A program made the translations under genes and the position numbers. Positions 46,389 through 55,369 of a stretch of 64,000 nt of DNA are shown piece after piece; positions within the stretch are counted from its first letter, which is position 1; every line of letters begins with the position of its first letter. The DNA lies in IMG/VR virus record IMGVR_UViG_3300020159_001932, positions 32,001 through 96,000 of that record; one strand, written 5' to 3'. Origin of the DNA: a virus. A model generated the notes under the pieces. It was given only the letters and a program-made list of their open reading frames with translations, did no database searches and was not told where the DNA came from.

Positions 46389-48119
46389 TTATGCAGGAGG
46401 AGCAGGCGGTGTACTTTCTGGAGCACCTGCTGAATCTGCAGGTTGACCTTCCCCGCCGGCGGGTGGTGGAGGAGGAGCTGTGGAACTTAGAGAACTCATG
46501 TCTCCTGCAATATTATTTGCAGTTATTCCTTCGCCCCTAAGTTCGCTACTGGCGCTTAGGTATTGATCCTCATCAACATTTTCTTCTTTCCATAAGCGTT
46601 CGTTTTCTGCAACTTCTTCTGTGGTCATTCCTAAGAAACGCTTTAATGCAAATCGTTTACTCATAAACGGAACTGCAACCATGGTATTAAATGTGTTTAC
46701 ACGAGCTGTATCCATTTCTGCCTGGCGATAACTAGCAAAGTTTTGAGGAGGATTAAATTTAATTTCAAAAACATTACTGTCTACGTTAATGCCTTGTGTG
46801 TGTAGATACAGTTTAAATTCTGTATCAAACGGATCGTTCAGTAAACTTTGTAGTCGTTCGCAGTATTTGTTAAATCTAAGTTCTTGGATGAATGCTGTTC
46901 CAACTCGACCATCATTGAAGTTAGATCCTCCGTCGTCGGAACCAGTAGGTAGATAACTGCTAGGTATGCGTAGAGCCCTAAACAACTTATTAGTAAAATA
47001 TCTAAGATCATCAATTTCTCCCAAGTTTTGACCACCTTGTAGGATCTCAACTTTAGATCCTCGGCCTTCTGCTGTCTGTGGGAAGAAGTAATCTTCATTG
47101 ATACTTAATGGGTTATATGCAGCATCAACTACACTTTGAGCACCACCTGTTACACTAGGAATACGGCGCTGATTTACTTCATTTTTAACACGCTCAACGA
47201 AACTCATAGCCAAGTGACTTGGCATATTACCAACGTCAATATAAAACACTCTGCGCTCTGGAGCACGTTGAATACGGTAAATTAAGATAGCATCTTCAAG
47301 CAATTCTTTTTGTTTGAATACTTTAAAGATACTTTCCATTAAACTATTACCAAATGGGTAATTGTTATCTAATCCTTCACTCATTGAGATATGAATTACA
47401 TGGCGAGCATCGATGGCATATTGATTTTGATTTTGTGTAAACCTACTGCTATTTGCAGTTGTAGGAAACGAACCAACCATGCCACGTGATCCGCCTGCAC
47501 CACCTTGGCCAGTACCATAACTGCCACCAAATTGACTGCCACCACCGTGCTGATTACTAGGTTGAATAGCTGTAGTTGCCAGCGTTTCTAAATTAGGATT
47601 AAAATCTCTAATGTGGTATTGTTCAGGTTTTTTGCCTTCACTTTCGTTGACAATAATTTTATCAACTTTAGCCGGATCTATATACATCCAAGCCTGTGTT
47701 TCTGGATCTCTTACAAAGAAACTATCGCCATACTTAAAAGCATTACGAACAATTTTAAACATACGAATTTTAAATTTGTTCAACTTGGTCCATTGCTGGA
47801 GATATTTTTTAATAATTTTAATTTCAGTACTGGTTGCTTGATCTTTAAAAAATACCTGGAATGGTGTTCCATTTTCTTCGTTGGCCTGTGTACAAAATTC
47901 TGCTAGGATATCAAATGCGGCATTTACTTCACTGTCAGTATCCATGGTGTCATATTGACCATATCGTTCTAAACGATTAGGATGACCAGCATATATGTCT
48001 GGTAGATAACTGCTATAGTTTGTACGACTTGGGTTTGAACCCATAGATGTACTACTGCCACTAACAGGGCTTAATTTTCCCGAAGTGTTAACTGGAGTAA
48101 AGTATTTTTTCCAAGACAT
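46389..48119 (-). CDS. gp20: Portal protein (gp20-like)
   Basis: LLEDAILIYRIQRAPERRVFYIDVGNMP, EDYFFP, L.GGQNLGEIDDLRYF..KLFRALRIP. Confidence 0.97.
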   Translation of the reverse strand: MSWKKYFTPVNTSGKLSPVSGSSTSMGSNPSRTNYSSYLPDIYAGHPNRLERYGQYDTMDTDSEVNAAFDILAEFCTQANEENGTPFQVFFKDQATSTEIKIIKKYLQQWTKLNKFKIRMFKIVRNAFKYGDSFFVRDPETQAWMYIDPAKVDKIIVNESEGKKPEQYHIRDFNPNLETLATTAIQPSNQHGGGSQFGGSYGTGQGGAGGSRGMVGSFPTTANSSRFTQNQNQYAIDARHVIHISMSEGLDNNYPFGNSLMESIFKVFKQKELLEDAILIYRIQRAPERRVFYIDVGNMPSHLAMSFVERVKNEVNQRRIPSVTGGAQSVVDAAYNPLSINEDYFFPQTAEGRGSKVEILQGGQNLGEIDDLRYFTNKLFRALRIPSSYLPTGSDDGGSNFNDGRVGTAFIQELRFNKYCERLQSLLNDPFDTEFKLYLHTQGINVDSNVFEIKFNPPQNFASYRQAEMDTARVNTFNTMVAVPFMSKRFALKRFLGMTTEEVAENERLWKEENVDEDQYLSASSELRGEGITANNIAGDMSSLSSTAPPPPPAGGEGQPADSAGAPESTPPAPPA

Positions 48120-48130
48120 ATATGTTTATA

Positions 48131-50602
48131 TTAGGCAAATAAATTGCCATTTAATCCTTTAGTAGCATCAATATTTCTCTTAGTATTGTCAGCAGTGTCC
48201 TTCATATACTTAAGAATTTCTTTCATTGTAGTATTTAATGTTGTTAACTCTAAACTACTTTTTTCCTGGCCGCCTGTATTGCTAGAAACTAACCTAGCTG
48301 TAGCCGCTCCTACATCCTTTATTGCCGAGCCAATTCCTTCTAATACACCAGGACCTTTCATTACTTCTTTTAGTCTTTCTGCTTTGGCAATATCAACTGT
48401 GTTTACAGCTTTACCAAATGCTACAATACCATTTGAATAAGAATTTAATGCTGGTCCAATTTGAGCCAACTGAGGTAGTAGCGGACTTAACTCTGTTATA
48501 GAATCTTTGATTGCAGCAATTGGGCCACCGCCAGAGAAGAAATTAGTAATCTTAGCACCAATTGCTCCTAGACCAGCAACTACACTACCCGCAGTAAATG
48601 CTACCATAGCTATACCAAGTGCGCCAATGCCGGCAGCTACAGCAATCAAATTGACTCCATCTATGTTTGCAATTTCTGTTAAACCTTTGGCAAATACTGG
48701 CAAACTTAAACCAATTAATGCTATAGCGGCTGCAATGCCTGCACCTAACAAAGCAATTACACCTGCAACTGCGCCTGCGCCGATTAACATAGGAACAGCA
48801 ATAGGTGCAAGACTTGCTAGTCCCCTACCTAATGCTTTGATAAATCCAACAAACCCTCCGCCACCTGCGCCACCTGCAGCGCCACCTGCGCCGCCCAATG
48901 GACCCATTGGTGGAGTTGGTGCTCCGCCACCACCCATTAATCTTCCAGCACCACCAAGTACCGCACCGGCAGCGCCGCCGACTGCTCCTGCTCCACTTCT
49001 TAATATTGCCGCAGCATTGGCCATACGCTGTGCCGCAAGCCAGGCTACAAGAGCAACTACAATACCTTTGACAACTGTACCAGCAGTTCCGAATTGTTCA
49101 AAAAATAAATTGAATTTTTTAAGACCTTCTGCAAGGAACCCAGCTAATGATCCCATCCAACTAGCCACTTTGGACACTGCTGTTAATAAAGGACTAAACA
49201 CATTCCATAGTTCTGCGCCAAGTTCTTTAAATCCTCGCATAGCTTCACTCATGTCGTTGGCTTCTGACTCTTCACGTGCTTTGCGCTTTTCTTCAATAGC
49301 AGCCCTTTGTTTTTCAACATCCTCCATGGTTTCAATACCTTGCTGTGCATTTCTATTTGCTGTTCCAAAAATTGCACCCATGGTACCACTGAATGAACCG
49401 CCCTGCATAATAAGAGCTTTACCAGTATCACCTAAATCTTTCTTTGTTTGGTTTGCAGCTAGTCCTAGTTCGCCACCAGCACGTTTAACATCTGCAACAC
49501 CTTTACTAGCATCACCAACTGCATCAGCCATCTTTCTATTAGCAGCAGCCATCTTTGGTGCTACTGCTTCAAACTCTTGTGCGGCCTTGGTAATAGGTGG
49601 CAATCCTAACAAGCGACTCTGCAATGCTTCTGTTGCACCTTTACCGCCTTTGGCCATAGCTTCTGCCATGGCTATTTGTGCTTTTTCCCTGCCTTTTTCA
49701 TCTAAGGTTAATAGATAAGCCTGATAGGCTTGGTTAGCACTAGCTTCTTTAAGTGCTTGTTCTTGTTGTTCTCTGCTCTTTCCTGTTATTTGTGCAAGTT
49801 CGTCTAACTCGTTTAGATAATTTCCTGCGGCAGCACTCAATGCCTTGGTATCTTTCATTTCCTGTGCATTACGTCCACCAGTCATTGCAATATAATTTGC
49901 AAGTCCGCTGTTGACATCTGCCGTGGTATAACCTAGCGCCATTAGTTCTTTACCAACTGGACTTTGAATTAATTCTTTGCCTACCGCACTAAATGCTCGA
50001 GCACCTTCGTCTGCGGTTCCGCCCATTTTGGCAAATGCCTCACCATTATCTTTCATCACCTTAGAAAATTCTTCTAAAGTAAGATAACTGTTGGCAGCTG
50101 CCATTCTCATCTGTGTAAGACTACCACTAAAGTTAATACCAGATGCTGATAACTTTTGATATATAGCAAAATTTTCTTCCTGGAATGCCATTAATCTAGA
50201 CATTCCAGAAATTAATATTCCTACAGTTCCACTAAACTGTTGACCAATTCCTGCTAAAAGAGCACTCGATGTTTGGGTGCCATTCATCAAACTTAGAATA
50301 CTTTGATTTAATAAATTAAATCTGTTTTGTGTAGCTTGGGCCGACTGAAGTATTTGTTCTCTAGCACGATCGCGAGCTTCTCGTTCGCGTTGTATTGCAG
50401 CAGTATCTTCTTCAACTGCGGCAGTAGCGGCAGCAATAGTTGCAGGATCAACACCAGCAGCCCCAGCAATACCGGCAGCGCCAGAGACAGATCCGCCATT
50501 AGCTTTTACAGCTTCTAATAATTTTAAGAGCGTGGCTTCGCTGGCGGCGTTGTTTAATAAAACATTTTCCGAACCAATTTGTCCTGTTACTTGTTCTGCC
50601 AT
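48131..50602 (-). CDS. Tape measure protein, 823 aa
   Basis: Long Ala/Gly-rich helical protein with hydrophobic segments. Adjacent to the gp26/gp51-like genes. Confidence 0.75.
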   Translation of the reverse strand: MAEQVTGQIGSENVLLNNAASEATLLKLLEAVKANGGSVSGAAGIAGAAGVDPATIAAATAAVEEDTAAIQREREARDRAREQILQSAQATQNRFNLLNQSILSLMNGTQTSSALLAGIGQQFSGTVGILISGMSRLMAFQEENFAIYQKLSASGINFSGSLTQMRMAAANSYLTLEEFSKVMKDNGEAFAKMGGTADEGARAFSAVGKELIQSPVGKELMALGYTTADVNSGLANYIAMTGGRNAQEMKDTKALSAAAGNYLNELDELAQITGKSREQQEQALKEASANQAYQAYLLTLDEKGREKAQIAMAEAMAKGGKGATEALQSRLLGLPPITKAAQEFEAVAPKMAAANRKMADAVGDASKGVADVKRAGGELGLAANQTKKDLGDTGKALIMQGGSFSGTMGAIFGTANRNAQQGIETMEDVEKQRAAIEEKRKAREESEANDMSEAMRGFKELGAELWNVFSPLLTAVSKVASWMGSLAGFLAEGLKKFNLFFEQFGTAGTVVKGIVVALVAWLAAQRMANAAAILRSGAGAVGGAAGAVLGGAGRLMGGGGAPTPPMGPLGGAGGAAGGAGGGGFVGFIKALGRGLASLAPIAVPMLIGAGAVAGVIALLGAGIAAAIALIGLSLPVFAKGLTEIANIDGVNLIAVAAGIGALGIAMVAFTAGSVVAGLGAIGAKITNFFSGGGPIAAIKDSITELSPLLPQLAQIGPALNSYSNGIVAFGKAVNTVDIAKAERLKEVMKGPGVLEGIGSAIKDVGAATARLVSSNTGGQEKSSLELTTLNTTMKEILKYMKDTADNTKRNIDATKGLNGNLFA

Positions 50603-50626
50603 TGTTTTCCCATGGTTCTATGCGTA

Positions 50627-50673
50627 TATAAATACTCTAAAGAAGATTGTCCAACATCTTTAAGTTATTTATC
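50627..50673. promoter_or_regulatory. Face-to-face late promoters: TATAAATA (+, 50627-50634) and GATAAATA (-, 50666-50673)
   Basis: Boxes read directly in the intergenic gap between the tape measure and gp26-like genes. Confidence 0.72.
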
Positions 50674-50687
50674 GGAGATAAAACTAT

Positions 50688-51545
50688 ATGAATTCAAGTC
50701 CAAATCCACTGAGCATGTTTATGCGGCAGCCAAAAATTTACATTAAACTACCCAGCGGAGGTGAGTTTTGGCCTGATGGTACTTTAGATATTCCTGAAAA
50801 TGGAGAATTTCCTGTTTATTCAATGACGGCAAAAGACGAACTAATGCTGAAAGTTCCAGATGCGTTAATGAACGGACAGGCCATAGTTGATGTAATTCAG
50901 CATTGTGTACCAAATATTAAAAACGCATGGGCAACTCCTACTATTGATTTAGACGTGATACTAATTGCAATTAGATTGGCTACCTATGGCGAAATGATGA
51001 CTACTCCTGTTAAATTTACCGATACCTTAGAATTAGAATATCAACTTGATCTTCGAATCGTAATGGATCAACTTATGTCTCAGATTGGGTGGGATCCGGT
51101 TGTGCCTGTTAACGACCATTTAACAATTTTTGTTAGGCCGTTAACATACAAACAACTTAGTTTTGCAGCATTACAGACATTTGAAACTCAAAAAATTATG
51201 CAGGTTGTTAACGACGAAAAAACATCCGAAGAACAAAAAATAAAATTATTCAAAGAAAGTTTTAAGAAATTATCCGATGCAACATTGGGTACCATTGGAG
51301 ACAGTATATCTAGTATTGAAAGCGTTGGCGGTAGTACAGACAATCCTGAACATATCAAAGAGTTTGTAGAAAACATTGACAAAGAAATCTTTAATAAAGT
51401 ACAAAAACATTTAGAAATGTTACGAGATAGAAATACTGTAAAACCAATGATTATACAAGTAACTGATGAAATGCGTGAGCAAGGAGTAACAGGAGATACT
51501 GTTGAAGTTCCTATTACATTCGATCCATCAACTTTTTTCGTATAA
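50688..51545 (+). CDS. gp26: Baseplate hub assembly/tail chaperone (gp26-like)
   Basis: IKLPSGG, MTAKDE, IDLDVILIAIR.ATYGE, RPLTYK, C-terminal FF motif. Confidence 0.8.
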   Translation: MNSSPNPLSMFMRQPKIYIKLPSGGEFWPDGTLDIPENGEFPVYSMTAKDELMLKVPDALMNGQAIVDVIQHCVPNIKNAWATPTIDLDVILIAIRLATYGEMMTTPVKFTDTLELEYQLDLRIVMDQLMSQIGWDPVVPVNDHLTIFVRPLTYKQLSFAALQTFETQKIMQVVNDEKTSEEQKIKLFKESFKKLSDATLGTIGDSISSIESVGGSTDNPEHIKEFVENIDKEIFNKVQKHLEMLRDRNTVKPMIIQVTDEMREQGVTGDTVEVPITFDPSTFFV

Positions 51546-51550
51546 GGCTT

Positions 51551-51766
51551 TTGACACTAGACATTGAAGGCATCAATGCTTTAGTTTCAGATTACGATCA
51601 AGAGTCAAAAGCCTTAAAAGATGAAATTTTTAAAATTTGTTGGTATATGAGAGGTACCCCTATTTCAGAAGGGTACTTACTTTCTTTTGAAGATAGACAG
51701 ATTATTGCAAAAATTATTGAAAAGAATTTAGAAATAACAAAAGAAAGTGGATTACCGTTCTTTTAA
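51551..51766 (+). CDS. Small gp51-like ORF, possibly the -1 frameshift extension of the upstream gene
   Basis: ICWYMRG.....Y.LS.EDR..I motif. Only a TTG start with no well-spaced SD. Confidence 0.65.
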   Translation: MTLDIEGINALVSDYDQESKALKDEIFKICWYMRGTPISEGYLLSFEDRQIIAKIIEKNLEITKESGLPFF

Positions 51767-52593
51767 ATTATCATTCCTAAAAACCGACTTTCAAATCTAA
51801 CAATCTTGCCTTCGTTAGTGCCAGTTGCCATTCTTTCATTATCAGCATCCAACTCGGCTTGAGTAGGTGCCGCCGGAGCTGCATTTGGATTACCAGGTTT
51901 GGCTTTGTTTGTTTTACTTACAGGAGCATTGGCCATTGTATTAGGTTTATTGCCGCTTAGTTGATTGGCCATATTAGCCATTGCTCCACTATCTGCTGTT
52001 CCTGCTGCTGGTGCTTGACCTGCCGGTGTCGCTGGCTGTTTTTCTGCGGTCTTTTTAGCAATTGTAGCATCAACTGTTTTCTTAACACTCTGTAAATCTC
52101 GTGTTCTTAATGCAGGAATAAGTTTGTTAATTTGTCCTACTCCAACTTTACTTGCTTGATCAGCAGCCGGTGTTGCCGGTGGCTCGCTACCAGCAGGCGC
52201 TGGTGCTCCGCCAGTTGTTGGTGCTGGTGTTGTCGTTCCACTAGCTGTCGGTGCTGCGGCTGTTGGTGCTGCGGCTGTTGGTGCTGCGCCAGACGTTGGT
52301 GCCGGTGCACCTCCGCCTATACTTGCAGGATCTGTTAATGATGGTGTACTTGCAGTTCCGCTAGGTGTAGGTGCAGGAGTAGTTGTTCCTCCGCTGGCAT
52401 CCGTTGATGGAACGTCGTCACCGGCGACTGTAGCTTTTCCGGCGGCAAACCCTTTTTTCATTCTTTCCCAGGCACCAGGAATTGCTCCAGCAACTGCGCC
52501 AACACCTTGGGCAACTGCGCCAACTCCCTTTCCAAGGAAAGAACCTACGCCTTCGTTATTTTGCTCTTCCGCAAGTAATTCATTAATCTTCAT
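51763..52593 (-). CDS. Pro/Ala/Thr-rich putative internal head protein, 276 aa
   Basis: MKINELLAEE start; APT repeats; shares SKVGVGQINK domain with the upstream gene. Confidence 0.6.
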   Translation of the reverse strand: MKINELLAEEQNNEGVGSFLGKGVGAVAQGVGAVAGAIPGAWERMKKGFAAGKATVAGDDVPSTDASGGTTTPAPTPSGTASTPSLTDPASIGGGAPAPTSGAAPTAAAPTAAAPTASGTTTPAPTTGGAPAPAGSEPPATPAADQASKVGVGQINKLIPALRTRDLQSVKKTVDATIAKKTAEKQPATPAGQAPAAGTADSGAMANMANQLSGNKPNTMANAPVSKTNKAKPGNPNAAPAAPTQAELDADNERMATGTNEGKIVRFESRFLGMII

Positions 52594-52616
52594 TTTAGAT
52601 AATTCCTTATTATATA

Positions 52617-54899
52617 TTAAATTTCTTTTCCTAAAAACTTGCTGTAAAAGCCTTGATATTTACCTTCAGCAGTCGGCTGTTTTCCAGATTGCCGTTTTGA
52701 CAACGTTGCGTCGACATTTTTTTGCACACTTTTAAGATCTCTAACTCTTAGTGTCGGAATAACTTTATTAATTTGTCCTACTCCAACTTTACTTTGCTTT
52801 TCTGCTTCTGGAGTTGGTGGAGGTTCTGCTCCAGGCGGTGCAGTTGTTCCACCAGGTGTAGGTGTCTCACCAGGTGCAGGTGCAGTTGTTCCACCAGGTG
52901 CAGGTGTAGGTGTCTCACCAGGCGCTGGTAGTTTTAAATCTGCAAAGACTTTAGTTACTGTTTCTGCAGGAACTCCTGCACTTTGTAGCACTTTAGCAAC
53001 TTCCTCGCTGTCTGTTGGGCTACCGGCTGCTGTCCATGCTTTGTTTAATGCATCAGCTGTAACTCCTCCTGCGGCTGCAGGAGCGGCATCTTTCTTTCCT
53101 CCCATCATTCCTTTGAGAGAATCCATAATGCCTTCTTTAACAGTAGGTTTTAAGACTAGACCGTGTACACGTTGTCCTTTTGATTCTTGCACTAACCACT
53201 TATGTAGCGTTGCTTGCTTGTCAACATACTTAGACTCTGCAAAACTTTCTTTTAGTCCACGAGTATTTGCAGGTTTGTTTGCCCAGTATTGTTTAGCATT
53301 TTCTGCACCTTGGGCCGCATCTGCCGCTTGCTGTTGCTGTCTTGCTGTAACAGCAGCCTGTTGATCTGGAGTCATTTGGTCCCAAGACGGTGCAGGCTCA
53401 AATGGCTTGCCAGTTAATCGGTTAATGCCAGGTGGTGTTTCACCTGGCATTCTTCCAGTTGCAGGTTCATCCATTGGCACAGCTCGCATTGGTTGTCCAT
53501 TTGGTCCAATTGGTGCAATACCTGCATCAAAGTTTTTACCTATAGTAGGTTCATCCATTGGCACAGCTCGCATTGGTTGTCCATTTGGTCCAATTGGTGC
53601 GATACTTGGATCTAATGCCCCAACTCCGGACATTCCTCCAGGTACATCTACTGGCTGGCCGCGTACTTTAATAGTTGGCTGCTCTATAGGATTGTTGCCG
53701 CCTGACATATCAGTTGCATTACCTGCACGTAGCGCATCTTTAGCAGCATTGATTTGATCAAGCGTCATTGGGCTACCGTCTGGGTTTGTGTTGGCCTTCA
53801 TTGAATCCCAACCTGAGTTTCCTCGTTTAGATCCACTGTCGCCTGGTGTTAAAGGTTCTCCATCTACACCGGTTGTTGCGCCCATTGAAACAGGCCCTTT
53901 CATATTTGCTTGATTGCTGATACCGGTTTGGCCTGTTATTGCGTGAGCCATTTCTCTGTCAACAGTGTAAGTTGATCCATCGGGTTTGGTAATTGTAACT
54001 TGTCCCCCAGGACCTTTACTAGAATCCATACTGGTAATAGTACCTTCACCGTTTGGCAATTCTTGGCCAACAGTTAAACTTGCACCAGCAAAATCGCTAG
54101 GAGTGTTTATTATCTTACTTTTTCCGTCGGTGCCAGGTGTGCTGCCGGGTGTTTGATTTGTATCATTGCTGCTGCCTGATGTCATTGCACTAACTGCTGT
54201 AGTGGCCAAGTTACCAATAACTGCGCTAGCGCCACCTAACAATGCTGGTTTAATAGCGCCCTTAAATGCCGTTTTCCAATCTTTACCTTGTAGTTTAGCA
54301 CTGGCTACAGCTACAGCACCTGCAACTACTGCACCTGTAATTGCACTAGCAACTGCGCCGCCGCCGGGAATCATACTAATAATAGGACCAACCTTGCTGA
54401 TCAATCCGCCAATACCTGCGCCAACTGCCGCAAGAATTAATTGTTGTGTTTCAGGTTTCTTAATACCAGATTTAACCCATTGCATTAAACTTTGTTTTGT
54501 AGAACTATCTACACCGGGTAAATTTTGAACTGCTGATGCTGCCTTTTCTTCAAATCCCTGGACTGCACCTGCATCTGGTGCAGGCAAACTTTTTTCCAAA
54601 TTTGCTGCTTGATCAGCAGGTAATACTTTATCAACAACCTTTGCAAGCATTCCAGGATCTTTTGGTGCAGTACCAGCACCAGAACCTGCTGCCTGTTTAA
54701 AGATATTTTGTATTTGATCAGGTGCTAGTGCAACTTCTGCAATATATCTTTCATATCCTCTTATAAAGCCCTCATCTAATTTCTTCCAATGAGGTTGCAT
54801 TTCAGGAGTTGAATATAAATTTTCAGATAGGTATTGTTTAATGATTAACTGATCATTCTCGATAATGTCTACTCGATTCAATAAGGTTCTTAGATCCAT
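52617..54899 (-). CDS. Low-complexity putative internal head/ejection protein, 760 aa
   Basis: TATAAATA at 54924-54931; Gly/Ala hydrophobic hairpin; P/G/T-rich linkers; repeated LxE/xEG sites. Confidence 0.6.
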   Translation of the reverse strand: MDLRTLLNRVDIIENDQLIIKQYLSENLYSTPEMQPHWKKLDEGFIRGYERYIAEVALAPDQIQNIFKQAAGSGAGTAPKDPGMLAKVVDKVLPADQAANLEKSLPAPDAGAVQGFEEKAASAVQNLPGVDSSTKQSLMQWVKSGIKKPETQQLILAAVGAGIGGLISKVGPIISMIPGGGAVASAITGAVVAGAVAVASAKLQGKDWKTAFKGAIKPALLGGASAVIGNLATTAVSAMTSGSSNDTNQTPGSTPGTDGKSKIINTPSDFAGASLTVGQELPNGEGTITSMDSSKGPGGQVTITKPDGSTYTVDREMAHAITGQTGISNQANMKGPVSMGATTGVDGEPLTPGDSGSKRGNSGWDSMKANTNPDGSPMTLDQINAAKDALRAGNATDMSGGNNPIEQPTIKVRGQPVDVPGGMSGVGALDPSIAPIGPNGQPMRAVPMDEPTIGKNFDAGIAPIGPNGQPMRAVPMDEPATGRMPGETPPGINRLTGKPFEPAPSWDQMTPDQQAAVTARQQQQAADAAQGAENAKQYWANKPANTRGLKESFAESKYVDKQATLHKWLVQESKGQRVHGLVLKPTVKEGIMDSLKGMMGGKKDAAPAAAGGVTADALNKAWTAAGSPTDSEEVAKVLQSAGVPAETVTKVFADLKLPAPGETPTPAPGGTTAPAPGETPTPGGTTAPPGAEPPPTPEAEKQSKVGVGQINKVIPTLRVRDLKSVQKNVDATLSKRQSGKQPTAEGKYQGFYSKFLGKEI
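53463..53600. repeat. Exact 54-bp direct repeat (APIGPNGQPMRAVPMDEP x2), 84-bp period
   Basis: aggttcatccattggcacagctcgcattggttgtccatttggtccaattggtgc at 53463-53516 and 53547-53600. Confidence 0.92.
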
Positions 54900-54930
54900 G
54901 GTGTATTCCAGAAAAGTATCTGTTATTTAT

Positions 54931-55369
54931 AAACGAACTGCGTTCGTTTGCTCTTTCGCTTACGCTCAGAGCATTTTTAACATCGTAGATGTTTAAATAT
55001 TATCCAGATTCTATGGTCACACTTAGCCCGTTTCCGGGCTAAAAAAATAACATTATCCGAGTTCGACAAGTCACACAGCGTTATGGCATTACAGAGGCGG
55101 TCATCCGGTACCCCGAGCCAAGTCTTTATTATGACGGCAGCTTATGTATATACGCTATCACATACATAAACCCGCAGGTTTTCCCTGCTCTTTTTGCCTA
55201 TATCTACTCTATTCAAACAATCAAACCGCAGGCATTTTGCGATCGTGGTCCTGTAAAGGATACTGATTGAGTACTCTTGACGGCGAGAGATTTCCTTCCC
55301 AGCGATCCGAGATCCTGGTTTCTGGGCACTAGATGTTTGCCAGTGCGAGCTTTTTACCGTTTAAGGAGC
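54931..55369 (-). ncRNA. Candidate large structured non-coding RNA (family not recognised)
   Basis: ORF-free gap with raised GC and at least 10 hairpins. G-U pairs and GAAA loops favour the - strand. Confidence 0.6.

Noticed and set aside
48507-49718. 403-aa + strand ORF, and the many shorter antisense or nested ORFs in the track
   Set aside because: These are shadows of Gly/Ala/Thr-rich genes on the opposite strand, with no SD, promoter or recognisable motifs.
54998-55300. Resemblance to RNase P RNA (GAAGGAAA..., AGAAyyyGG) or tmRNA
   Set aside because: The P4 pairing and other conserved regions are not satisfied, and there are no tRNA-like ends or tag ORF.
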